Part shown: positions 46,900 through 59,560 of the stretch, piece by piece
Layout: the number at the start of each line of letters is the position of its first letter
How positions within the stretch are numbered: position 1 is the stretch's first letter
Assembly: GCA_043228905.1 (NCBI GenBank)
Contig: JBHGNT010000016.1
Location: forward strand, 10,602,001 to 10,666,000
Length of the DNA: 64,000 nt
Direction: 5' to 3'
Source of the DNA: Azolla caroliniana
Lineage: Eukaryota; Plantae; Polypodiophyta
Made by a program: the position numbers and the translations under genes
Notes under the pieces: generated by a model
Databases searched by the model: none
Told to the model about the DNA's origin: nothing
What the model saw: only the letters and a program-made list of their open reading frames with translations

Positions 46900-49785
46900 C
46901 TCACACACATACACACACATATCACTTAATCTTCTGCTTATCAACTAATCACATAATTAGGTACTAATTAATCCTTACTTAATTACTTACCAAATTTTTA
47001 ACATGGTATCAGAGCGTGTGGTTAAGAAAATACACTAAGCCCACCCAACTCCGTGATTGTGTGTTCGAGACCGACGACGACAAAATCCAGCTATCGGCTG
47101 CCGTAGTGCCGCTACGTAGCACGTGTACGTGATCAAAGGAAGAAAAGCAAAAGAAGAGAAAACACTACAATCAACATGAACACACAAATGGGTAGCTCGC
47201 TCCCTAGTGAAAAGCTAGACCGGAGCAATTATTCATCCTGGGAGTACAAAATGACCCAATACCTCGTCGGCCAAGGGTATTTGAGCTAAATCAACGACGT
47301 TCAAGAAAATCGACCCGACCCAAAGAGCGCCGACTACTCAACATGGGAGCAAGTGGCGAGTCGAGTCATGTATTGCTTGGCAACATGTGTCCACGGCCAC
47401 ATGCTTAGCCACATTCAAGACGTCAAGACGCCCAAAGAGGCGTGGGAGAACTTAAAGAAAATGTTCGCCGCCAACACGACCGCCAGAAAGCTTCTGAAAC
47501 TCTGACAAGAGTTGAACAACATTCGGTAAAGAGACATGTCTGTGTCGGACTACACCGACAAGATCAAGAGCATTTGCAACTCTCTTGGCTCCATCAAAAT
47601 AAACGTCGACGAAGACAAGATGGTTCAAGTATGCTTGGACGATCTCGCACAACGATTCGACTCATTGAGGACGGCAATCTTGGCGAGGGAAAATCCTCCT
47701 TCGTTCTTCGACCTTCAATCAATGCTAATGGTTGAAGAGAACCACATCCAAACTAAAACCAAGACATCGGAAGGACAAATGTTCTTCTCGAATTCGGATG
47801 GTGGCCGAGGACAAGGTCACGATGGTAGAAGAGGCCAATTCGGCCCATCAGACGAAGGGAACTCAAAGCTTGACGGAAGCCATCGAGGAACTTTCGGAAG
47901 AAGGGGGAGCTTCCATGCCGAACAAGGTTGGCAAATGAGGCCCGCAACTTGCAACTATTGCGGAAAAATACACCACCGTGAGGAGTGCCGAAAAAGAAGA
48001 AGTGAGTCGACTTCGACAAGTCGACAACTCATGAATTATGCAACCAACTCCGAATACGACGACTACGACAGACTATTCGTAATGAGGCATAGAGCGAACT
48101 CTATGTCGGGCTCTGACTCCGCAAGCACCTCCAATTCAAAAGACGTGTGGTTCGTCGATTCCGCGCCTCACATCACATCCCACAAAGATGTTGGGAAACA
48201 GGTCCCTCTGGATGTGGTGTACCCGGCTAGCGCCGGATGAGGAGTACTCGGCTACGGAAGACCCGGTGAGAACTGGATGTGGTGTACCCGGCAAGCGCCG
48301 GATGAGGAGTACCCGGCTATGGAAGATCCGGTGCGAACCGGATGAGGAGTACCCAGCTACGGAGAGCCGGATGGTGCAGACCCGGTGAGAACCGGATGAG
48401 GAGTACCCGGAAAGCGCCGGATGATGCAGGCCCGGTGAGGAGTGCTCACCGGATGAAGAGACATATTCGTAAATATGTTTTTGAGAGTCCATCGTGGCTA
48501 TATTTGTAAATAGCCGAAAAGTCATATTAGTATAAATATGACTTAGGGCAAACTTTTGTGAGTAAGAGAGAGCGAGTAAGTTGTTGTCATTCTTGTTGGC
48601 GCTAGATTAGAGTGCAACAGTGTATAGAGAGAGAGAGAGAGAGAGGAAGAGGTCGTTCCCTCTGTTGTAACCTCCGCCTGTGGCGAAGATCGTGAGCACG
48701 AGGTCGTTGCCTCCATGAGCTCACTGTTGTAATTATTGTTACATAGTGATAGTTAGCAGTTAGTGGACTACCGTGGTTTTTCCCTGTGTTTGGGGTTTTC
48801 CACGTAAACATCCTGTGTACTCTTCTCTCCATTGTGTTGTGCATTCATTCCCCGTTTTCTGTGTTTGATTCTAAGCTTGGTTGTGGCCAAGCATTGTTCA
48901 TCGGGAGCATGTAGTTCTTGTCAAAAGAGTGGTTCAATGACTTGCGTACACCGGACCAACCCAGCTTCATAGAGACGGGAGAAGACACCACACATCTCAT
49001 TCGGCACATCAGCAATGTCCCATTCGGGAAAGAAGGCCAACAAAATTGCATCAAGAATGTCTTGCACGTGCCCACAATAACGAAGAATTTGGTCTCGGTC
49101 AGCCAAATCATGGAGCAAGCCATGCAAGTTCACTTCAACAACGAAGGTTGTTTTATCGAGAAAGATGGCTAACTCATAGCCAAGGGACGGAAAGACGCTT
49201 GCATGTTCATCCTCGATTCGAACGAGGTGAAATCGGCAATGTACGCTAAAGGTCTCAAAACCGAGACAAGCATCGAGTTGTGGCACAAAAGAATCGGCCA
49301 CATAAACCTCCAACGGCTTCGAGAAATGCAATCAAAGGGAGTCGTCATCAGACTTCCTACATTCGAGTCGAAAGGATGCGAAGCATGCCAACTCGGCAAA
49401 CAACATCGACTCCCATTCCCAAAGGAGAGCTACGCAAGCAAAGGCCTCCTTGACATCATACACTCGGATGTATGGGGACCGGCTCAAACGCCGACGATCA
49501 GTGGATGCCGATACTACGTCACCTTCATCAACAACTACTCGCGCTACACGTGGATCTTCCCGATGAAGAAGAAAAGTAAGGGGTTCTCCCACTTCCAAAA
49601 GCTCAAGGAGCAAGTCGAAAAAGAAACCAGTCAGCACATTCGATGCCTACCTCCAAAGTGAAGGCATTTGGAGAGAATTCTCATGCAGACACACACCCCA
49701 ATAAAATGGAGTGGCTGAAAGGAAGAATCAGCAAATACGCGGGTAGCACGCGCCATGATGCATGAGAAGCACATGCCGAACTTTG
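46900..49785 (+). mobile_element. Truncated copia (LTR 3' end to 47003, PBS-iMet 47004-47015, gag-PR-INT), same subfamily as 14137-15776
   Basis: TAACA TGGTATCAGAGC, then MNTQMGSSLPSEKLDR, WFVDS, LWHKRIGH, IHSDVWGP. Confidence 0.9.
48189..48923 (+). mobile_element. Solo LTR, 735 bp, 5-bp TSD AAAGA, with an internal CCGGATGAGGAGTACCCGG tandem array (48200-48460)
   Basis: TGTTGG...TTGTCA. Removal restores HITSHKEWFNDL. Confidence 0.92.
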
Positions 49786-50944
49786 TACCATCTCGTAATG
49801 GAGAGAATGCAGACTTCGAGTCTGTTTCTCATAGCGACAATGCTCACAGAAGTCCGTTTTTTACTAGAGTTTCGGGATGTAGCCGATTGTCATTAGCCAG
49901 TCTAGTCCAGCTTGAGACATATGGTTGAGATAGTCATGCCATAAGTTCGATTTTGAGAAATCGGTTATGTTCACGGCCCCTTCTGGACTGATCACCATTA
50001 GTGGATACAAGTTGTTATGCTTGCATCTGCTCCCGATTTTCATGTTTCTTTGGTTGCTCATCCATGACAACTCGTTGAGAGTTGTTTCGTACCCGGCTTC
50101 GGCTAACATGCCGATAGAGACCAAATTCCTTTTGATCTCGGGTACATGGCAGACTCGGTGCAGGGTGATAGTATTCTCATTCGGCAATTGGATGGGGACC
50201 TCTCCAATCCCAGCGATTGCGCACTCCACCTCGTTGCCTATCGGACTGCACTGCTGGCTCTGGCCGAATAGTTCAAAAACCATTCAATGTTGGGGATCAC
50301 ATGAAATGTGGCACCAGAATCCAACAGCCACATTCACGTGTCTTGCACGATATATAGGACCTCACCGGTCGATGATTCCTCCAAGGAGAGGATTTCTCCC
50401 TACCGGGATTCAGCTACATTGATTTCGTTGTTGTTTGGAGGATGGTTCGAATCGGATTGTCCTTGTGTCCGATCAAATCTCTGACTGTTCTCCTTTCTCT
50501 TTATAGACCAGTAGTTGGAAACTTTGTGACCAGTCTTTTTGCAGCGAGTACAGAAATCACTTGATCGACTATTCCTCAATTTTGACTGATGCCACTCTTC
50601 CCTTCTCCTCGGTCGACAGGAGTTTCAACCAGCTCTTTCGGTTTGTTCTCTCGATCGGTCGGTTCATCCAATTGACTCAATCGAGGAGTGGGCTTCTATT
50701 GACTCGTCGATGGTGAATCCCATCAATTTTCGCCATATGTCCTCTGTGAGGACTTGGCCGATCGTTTCAAATCATGAACGATTTCCTCCGAGCAGCTTCT
50801 GTTAAGATTGAGCTCGTTACTTTGGAGTACTTCACAACAGCAATCGATGCATTGCACACAATTGTGACGATAGTTTCCCATGAAGGGGGGAGACTACTCA
50901 TGCGCTACATTGCTTTTAATTAGTCTTCAATCGTCATCCCCTAA
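49786..50944 (-). pseudogene. Tork/Tnt1-like copia gag-PR-GAG-pre-integrase remnant, probably the 5' part of 31440-34915
   Basis: SSLPPSWETIVT, WLLDSGATFHV, HVPEIKRNLVSIG, NLWH..L.HMS, FCEHC. Confidence 0.8.
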
Positions 50945-52003
50945 TGTTACGGGCATGACCATATAATATCCCGTGGTGAGAATTTACCGTAGTATTCTAT
51001 ACACGTGGATAAGTGTGAGGGTTAAATGAGAGTGTAAAGAAGGGGAGGATTACTTTTTATCCTCGGGATTGAGACAACCCGTTAGGCCAAGTGTGAACTT
51101 GCCTAGGGGCCTTGGGTATTGCTATGAATATGAGGCCTAGCTACCCTCATTTCATCACATCTTCACTACGTCGAGACTCTGTTTCGTGGTGGGTCAACTC
51201 TTGTAGCGAGCGCGCCAGCACCAAGTACGACCCGACGCCACGGCGGTGGTATGGGACGCCAATCGAGGCTCAAATCCGTCTCGATCCCTTCACTCAGGGG
51301 TGGTCGGGTGGATCGGCACTCTTCTTTCTCTCTCTCCTTTCTATCTATCTACCTTTTATCCTTATGATATGCTTACTTTAGATCATAAATCTAACAGTTG
51401 GTATCAGAGCTTATGTTTCTAATGTTTCCTTTGTTTGTTTTTGTCTTCTTGATGGATGGTGATCAATCAACGTGCGGTCGACCTTGATCCAGATAGTGAT
51501 CAACAAAGGAACTTCGATAACTCTTTCTTGTTTTTTTTTATTTTTTCTTCTCCCATCTAATCATGTATATAGTCAATATGAAGGTTTCTTTCATTGATTC
51601 AATGATGTTGTAGTGGTAATTAATTGGTTGTATAAAACATTTACATATGTGTATGAGGTATTGGGTCAATACCTCATTTGACATATATTTAATATGTGAT
51701 TAGTGTCGTATGCATATGAGGTTAATACCTCAATTACATATTACGTTCACATACATATGTTACGTTTGCGTATGAGGTCAATACCTCGATTTCTATGTAA
51801 ATGATATGCGTTTGGTGTCGTATGCGTAAGAGGTCAATACCTCAATTGTGTATTACGATTAACCCTTAATTTTGGATGTTTCGTGTGCATAGAGGCTATA
51901 TGCCTCGATTATGTGTCTCAATTTCATCATATGTTGGCTATTTGATGTTACAATTTTTTTAATATATGCATATATGTGGTCACGTGTATACGTATTTGAT
52001 CGT

Positions 52004-52659
52004 TGTGAATGTAAACGTGTGGAAGCGTTAGATAGAACCGGCTCATCTGGATAACAACAGAGAATAAGATGAAGGTTTAATATACATAGAATACGTGTGG
52101 GGGAGAGAGAGAGAGAGAGAGCCCAGATGGATGTAGCTCAGTTGGTAAGGTTGCCCAATGGAGACCAGGTGGTCATGGGTTCAACCCCTACATTCCACAG
52201 TGGCATCTAGTGAAATAGAGATATATATGAAGTATATAATAGAGAGGTGAGGAAATTGGGTTTTAAACCCACGACACAGTGCTTGTAGTGTTATCAACTT
52301 ACCACTAGGGTAAGGTAATTACGATAAAAAGAGAGAGAGAGAGAGAGAGCAAAACATAAACTCATTTCGAAATATCACTCTAAAAACTCTGTACATACAA
52401 CGTGCTAAACAACACTATTTATACAAGTCCATAAAGGACTAATAGAAGTACTGACAGGTACTTCAATATTCCTACGTGCAACTGACACTAACTACGAGAC
52501 AATGATTACGTAGTAGTCTAGGCTACTACTAGGCATCCGGCTCCCGCTCGAATCCGGTTCTCTGATCCGTCTCCCCAATCCGGCCGGTTGTTTCCGTATA
52601 CCGATCCGGCTCATCCTTCTTCAGCCGATTCGGATCCAGTTGAGCTTGCTTGCTCAACA
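52004..52659 (-). mobile_element. Solo LTR of copia family B, TSD ATCGT
   Basis: Reverse complement of the 17422-17928-type LTR. ATCGT at 51999-52003 and 52660-52664. Confidence 0.93.
52123..52330 (+). mobile_element. tRNA-derived SINE inserted in the (GA)n tract of the solo LTR
   Basis: Box A TAGCTCAGTTGG (52134-52145), box B GGTTCAACCCC (52178-52188), A5 tail. Identical 20-bp (GA)9GC flanks at 52103-52122 and 52331-52350. Absent from the other family B LTRs. Confidence 0.82.
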
Positions 52660-55600
52660 ATCGTATATATGTGATTAATAAACATGTGTATATTTCATAT
52701 TATGTGATCTTTATATCGAATGTTGTCCTTTTCGGGGAAAGGATCTTGGTGGCCGTCCTCACGTTTTTGTGAGAATAGCATAGTCACCATTCTTTTTTCA
52801 ACAATTTTTTTGTTGACATCCCCGTTGGTCACTTCGATTTCGTTACGTAACGAAATGCTCATAGCCACAATGATGTTGAGAACGTAGGGCTTGACCCACT
52901 TCATGTGAGGTCGCTCCTATGACACACATATCTAACATCCCTCCCTCATTACATGGATACGATGCCACCATGAGATCATTCTTACGAAAGGCATTTGTAA
53001 TGACATAACCATGTGATGGGCCACGTGGGCCTACTACGAAAAAAGGGCTCATTTGGCTTGACCATTGGGTTGCACTTTGGCGTATGCCATCGTAATTATG
53101 AGACTTGAGGTTAGGTAACGTACCAACATAGTTTGTGGTAAATGAGAGGGAAATAAGGACTCTTGACATATATGTTTCTTTTAAAAAAACATATATGAGC
53201 AAATGCCTCACATATCTCTTATACGCATAAAACATTCAACATTCAACACAAGCAACCTATTTGGTTAGCTCAAGGGTTTAATGCATTTGTTCTTGAGGTC
53301 TCGAGTTCAAATATGACCAAGACCATACAACATTATTGATACATATGACTAAAATACATGTTTAGACTTGAGGTCTAAGTGCACTTCAGGGTCCTCGTAA
53401 TAGGACTTACAGAGCCGAAACCACATACGTGGGCACAGAAACATAGTTTATTGTTAACATTTTTTTCATGTATAAACAAACTATTCATGGCGCAAACATA
53501 CATGGTTGAGCCTCGGGGAACCGCCATGAAAAAGTTGATATAGAGATCAGGGAAAGACATTCATTTGTCACCCCCATGGTTTTTAAAACACCTTTATGTT
53601 ACCATAGTAACCTGCTCTTGAACTTTATCTCATACATCTAGAGGGGTATTGACGTGAGATCATGATATCGATTAATGTTGGCCCATGATATGTTTACATC
53701 ACGACATGATGTTATGACTATTTGTCTGACTTTATCCTATTTCTTTGCCAGAAATAATCATTCAATGGCTCAGAATAACGACCCGATGTCATCCACTCAA
53801 GCGGAAGGAACTCAAGGAAATCTTCCTAGAGCAATCTCCATTTAGTCGTATTTCTTACAAATACAAAATTTCCTTAGTTCAACCGTTCATCAAATGTTCG
53901 AACTTCAGCAACCTCAAAGTGTTCTCGAGGCACATGTCATTAGTTTACAACATGGCACTAATAGACCCGATGAGCGTCAGGATGAACCATCATTTGTCGT
54001 AAAGCCATTTACAGGAGTGAAAAAGGAAAAAACCGAAGAAGTAATCTGCACGTGGCTGGGCCGATGGGAGTCTCATTTTGAGCTCTATCCCACGCCAGAT
54101 AGTACGAAGATTGCATATGTCGGCCGAGAACTAGGGGGTGAGGCCGCCGCCTGGTGGCGTGGGCTCCAAACTTTGGGGAAATTGCCCGATACCTGGACAG
54201 ATTTTGTCACAGTTTTTAAGGGCCAATTTCTGCAACCTCCCTCTCAAATCGAGGCAGCACAAGCTTTAATGAACCTCTCTAGTAGGAAGTTTTCTTCGCT
54301 AGAAGACTATGTCCACCGTGCTAGAACCCAAATCCAAAAATCGGGTCTACAAGGGGACAATTGGTTAATTAGACTCCACCAGTGGTAGTACCTATATAGC
54401 AATCCTTGGTGATGAAGTTGATATGGTACTGATTATTACAAATCAACAAGCAAGTAGGAAGCTTCTAAATTCCTTGCATGCATATATAAGAGTTAAGACC
54501 CACTTTTCTACATGTAAGAAGACCTTTTACCCTTAAAATTCCTATTTTCTTGCAATTATTTTATCCCTTCAACGCCCTCTCTCTATGTTGCACAAAATCA
54601 CAAAACCTTCTTCTTCAAATGGGTAAACTACACTTATGTGTACCTACTAGAGCCACTATCTACACCTTTACATTATCAACATTATTATTTTTTATATGAC
54701 ATTGTGGGAGTGCAAGAATTGGTGAAACAATGATACGATTCATCAACTTTTTTTTATGTTTTGCATAAACGATGTTTACAAGCCTTGAATAACAATATAT
54801 GACATTGCTTCGCATTTGGGTCACTTTTCTGAAAATTTAAAACCTTGACCTGTCCCAGCACAAATCTCTCCCTTAGAACAATTCGCACTTCTCAATTACT
54901 AACATTTATTATTGAAAATGTTGAATAATGAGTCACTTGGGAAGAACACTACATGAAAAACGCTTCTAAACGCTTCTATTGGTCCTGTAGGCTATATATT
55001 TGACATATTGAGCCAGATAATAGAACCCAACATAAATAGCAAACTCCATTCAGTAGGAGGGTTAGTTCCAATATTGCCCTTTATGAGTTATTTTCTTTTT
55101 CTTTATTTGCCTTCCAATGCATTTTTTTGATAGCTTGGCATTCCGTGGCCTCAAAATGGCCACACGCATTGTTACAATGCTAGTGGATAGGACCAAAAAC
55201 ATTCGATGATGGTTGACGTATTAAGAGGAGTAGAACTAGAAACGAGGGAATTCGGTTTCATATTAGACGACGATTTACTTGATTATTTGATGGAGGATGG
55301 ACAAGTTCCGGCAGGCAAGCCGGGCGCAATATTACAAAAGACAATAATAATAAAAATAATGTGTGTGCACCATTTGAGGCCTGGACAACTACATACATAC
55401 ATACATGATACAAGTCTCTGTCTCTGCACCGCGCGCGTGTCTGTCTGTCTGTCTGTCTTTGTCAGCTAGTCCTACTTTACTTACTGTATGTACAACCCAA
55501 GAAGTACAGACAGAATGAAAGACTCAGGAAATCAGAGATGGAGCGAGAGAGAAGTGTCTGGCTATAGGGCCAAAGTTTGGTTGGGATAATTCTCACAAGG

Positions 55601-55691
55601 ACGCAAAGAGAGAGAGGGAGAGAGAGATAGAGAGAGAGAGAGAGAGCTTGAGCTTGAGGTTCGATGAATCAATCAATCAATCAATGAATTA

Positions 55692-58487
55692 TCAATCGAT
55701 ACGCCTACCTCCTCCTCCGCCCTTGAGGAACCTGGGGAGTTGGAGGAGGGAGTTCACGCGCACCACGCCCTCCAGTGCCGACCACTCCTCCTCCTCCTCT
55801 GCAGTAGATGATAGCACATCTGCGACACTAAGCACAGAATGCGATCTCTCAGCGAGGCTCTTGCGATGGGCATGATGTGGTAGAGGTAGAGCAGCCGGTC
55901 CAGGTCCAGGTCCATGTCCATGGGGTAAGTGAGGAGGTGTATCATTGTTCACCTCAGCCGCAGAGGCAGAGAGGCTAGCATTATCATGATGAGGAGCATG
56001 CTCGTCCTCTACTACCAGATTTGGCGGTGGAGAAGGGACTGCTGATTCATCATAGATTTCCCGTCCTGACTTGCTTGCTCTCCCCTTGGTCATACTTGTG
56101 GTTTTGGATGAAGAAGACGGTGGAAGTGGCAGTGGCTGCAGATACATGCAAACCACGGCACAGTCGTCTACTTTGGAGTTGGGGTATTTGAGGCGCCATG
56201 CCCGCACTGCTGTCTCCACCAGTGCTCTTGCTGCTGTCGTCCGTGTGGGTGCACTTGCCACAATGTCCACCACCTCTTTGTTGCTCAGCACATCCCAGAT
56301 CTGTATGTACATATGTTACGCATGCAAAAAACATTTAGACATAAGACATGTTTGTTTGTTATAAGCTCTTTGATTGATTGGTGTAGATAGATATAGTCAG
56401 TAGTTCTAGATTTGAGAGGGCTTTGGGTGGTTGGTTCACACCTCATAAATTGTGTGTGTGTGTGTGTGTGTTGCTGAGAGAGATTACCCGTCCAGTTTTT
56501 AGATCACATGAGGTATGTGGGAAAATACAATACAATACATATATATAACCCCCCCTACCCCCCAAATTGGGAAAAAATAAGAGTATGCAGCATCATTCAA
56601 TGAATTCCACCAATGTGCACCACCAGAATATTACTGCTCATGTTCCACCAATGGCAACCAATAGTTTCTTTCTTTGCGCTTCATTCGCCCAACGGGTGTG
56701 ATGGTCATATTTATTCTAAGACCAGATAACAACGCATTAGCAAGCCATGATCTACTAGTACGCACACCCTGGTCATTCTGGTTTTGTACAAAATACCATG
56801 TGTGCATAATTCACAGCACATGAACACACACATAGATATGCAGAGAGCAATGAATCAGACATGTTAATGGAATATCTTAAAAACATTCATTAGGTGAACT
56901 TACCCCATCAGTTGCAAGAACAATAAATTCATCCTTTGGATCGAGCTTCCGATGTGTGACCTCTGGCACTGCAATCAGACCAAAGTCTTTGAGGCAAAAG
57001 TCCCCAAAAGCCCTGGCCATGGCCAAGCCAGGGGCATCATCATAAGGCAGCCACACACGGGCTACTTCTGGCTCATCTTCAAGAGCAAACACGCGACCCT
57101 TGCACTTGAGAATCCGCTCCGCTTCTCCTGAAATGAGATGAACCACAATCATCCATGTGTGGACATGACATGAACCATAAATAAATATTATTCATTCAAA
57201 CACCAACATAAATATATATATTCATTCTCATACTGGGGAGGTTGGGTTTGAGGTCGACTGTGAGCTGGACAGCTTCTATTTTGTTATCCTTTGTCCTCGT
57301 TGCTAGAACCGCACGCGAATCGCCCACGTTGGCAATCACTAGGTTATCACCCTGAACACAGGAGAATTGTAATTCATATAACATGTCAATGATATATATA
57401 TATATATATATATTCGTAATTCCACTAACTCAGCAACATGATGTGCAGCAACATTCTCCCAATGTTGGATTCATGTACCTCAGAACGAGGCCACAATTAA
57501 CTATCAACTCAGCCATAATATGATCTCAATATTGTTGGTTTATTTGAAGGTGGGATTGCAAGAACCTTCCATACAGCTGTTTCTTTCACGAGATTAGAAT
57601 CCCCTTTTGTTTTTTCAAGGAGGCACATGTTTACACTTCTAGAATATGCACACTTGCGATTTTCTCTTTATAAAAAATGCGCTATAAGAAGTCAAACTAA
57701 AAAGGATGAAGGACTCTTTTAAACCTACATGCATGAGTGATGTAGATGTTGCGCTGAGTATAATGTCATTTTGAGCATTTCAAATTTTCTAAGTAATCAT
57801 TCATGCAAATGAGCTCTACATCTTTATAGATGACATGCACTTTACCCATAGGCTCTCTTGGCTATGAAACACTTCACTTTTTCCCAATCATGCCCCAACA
57901 AAGTAGCCTACTAGAGTATGATGGTCTTAACATGGAATGATCCATTGTTGTCAAATAACTTTTAGCTTTTCATCTGATCAATGTATTAAAAACTGCAAGT
58001 GTTGCTTTACGCTTAGACGTGTGGCAAGGGATAGTTCATAATCTACATCTTCATTTAACTTCATCACTTGCCACACACACATGTTTTAATTTCAATTCTT
58101 CCATTTTGTGTAGTTCAACTACTTCCACTATCACAAATGATGCAATGTAAGTACTTTGTGCGGAAACCTTGTAGGCAATAAGAATGTCTCTATACAAGTT
58201 TAATACCCCCCCTTCCTTACCAAAGTGTCAAGCACAAAAATGATTGTGTTTGGACCACGACAACTAATTTTGTTGATTCATTCGAGTTAATCATACATTT
58301 TTAAGCATGTTTATTCTAAAAGATATCACATCTTTGATTTTCAGTGTATTTCATTTCCAAGCTCAATAAAGAAAGAATCAACCAAAGGTACGTCTAAAGA
58401 AATGTAATTACTTATTCATTAATGCCATTTGAGCTAGTAGTCAATGTTGTATGCATCACTAGGTAAGCGCTGAAGTAGCATCAAGGC

Positions 58488-58520
<33 letters not shown>

Positions 58521-59529
58521 CAATGCCAAGGTGTGTATTCCACGAAGTCCCATCCAAGAGTAGGGAAATTAAGTAAGCATGTGAATGTCCAATAAAGCTA
58601 GTATAATAAATCCCTCGGAAACTCTACAAGTTTGAAGTAGGGTACCTCGGAGTGCGTGGGTGGGTGCTAGCTTCCCGAAAAGAAAAAGGAGGCACCTCAA
58701 AGAGGCATTGCAGATCCTCGCATTTTGTGCTCTGAAGAGGTTTGACACTGATATTTGTTTCTCATAATGTATCGTAACTTAATTAGTTATACGGTATCCT
58801 TGCATTTTGTGCTCTTACAAGGCTTCACAGTGAGATTAGTTTCTTATACATAATGTATGCTAGCATATTTTTACAACAAATATTGGTTATAAGTAAATTA
58901 CAAATAAGTAAACCCTAAACCCTAAGTAAAGTGAGATTGTGTAGTAATCATATTATATTAGAAGCGGAGGTGTTACGTTAATTTGTGCAATTCCAAACTG
59001 CTTGCCCAACTAAACTTTTAAAGAGCACACACGTGTAAAGTTTGGGACACATGAATTGTGTGTTACATTTTTGTGGAGACAGGTCAGTTTGTTTTGATGT
59101 TTTCTGGAATTCTAGTTTTACAATCACAATCAGCAAACGTTCAAATGGTAGCTAAAGTTAGTAAAAGTGTGTGTTTGTTTGATTAGGAAATCGTGCCTCG
59201 TTGTAGTTGGGGAAATGTTGTTTCCTAGATTTTATTTAGCAACGCAAGCAAATGTATATGTACAGAACACTATGTACTACAGTCTACAACTTTTCTTGCT
59301 TCCTCCTATGAAATGGAGTACATATTTATGTGTGTAGTAACTCTACTCTCTATTATTTAACCTATAAAAGATAGGCTAGGCTAACCTCCTCCACCTTAAA
59401 AGTGTTTTCTCTTTTCTTGGATTGAAATTTGACACATGGTGGATGTTTTGGGTTGGTTAGATTTTTGTGAGAAGACAACCAACCCCTCGGGCCCTCCCTT
59501 CCTCCCTCATCATCGCATACGCTACTAGC

Positions 59530-59560
<31 letters not shown>

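Larger units (their letters stand above)
50945..54388 (+). mobile_element. Truncated Ty3/gypsy: 5' LTR 50945-51396, PBS-iMet 51399-51410, ~2.3-kb leader, gag fragment ~53765-54388
   Basis: TGTTA...TAACA GT TGGTATCAGAGC. Retrotrans_gag-like PFTG...W...E..F...L.GEAAAWW...TW..F...F..QF. Linkage of the LTR and gag is inferred. Confidence 0.75.

Noticed and set aside
51644-51912. CRISPR array
   Set aside because: Eukaryotic LTR-element leader with no cas genes. Repeats are degenerate and alternate spacers are related to each other.
52129-52196. Functional tRNA gene
   Set aside because: No proper anticodon arm. It has a TSD and A-tail, so it is a SINE head.
58910-58925. Interstitial telomere repeat AAACCCTAAACCCTAA
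   Set aside because: Only two units in an intron. Telo-box-sized and common.
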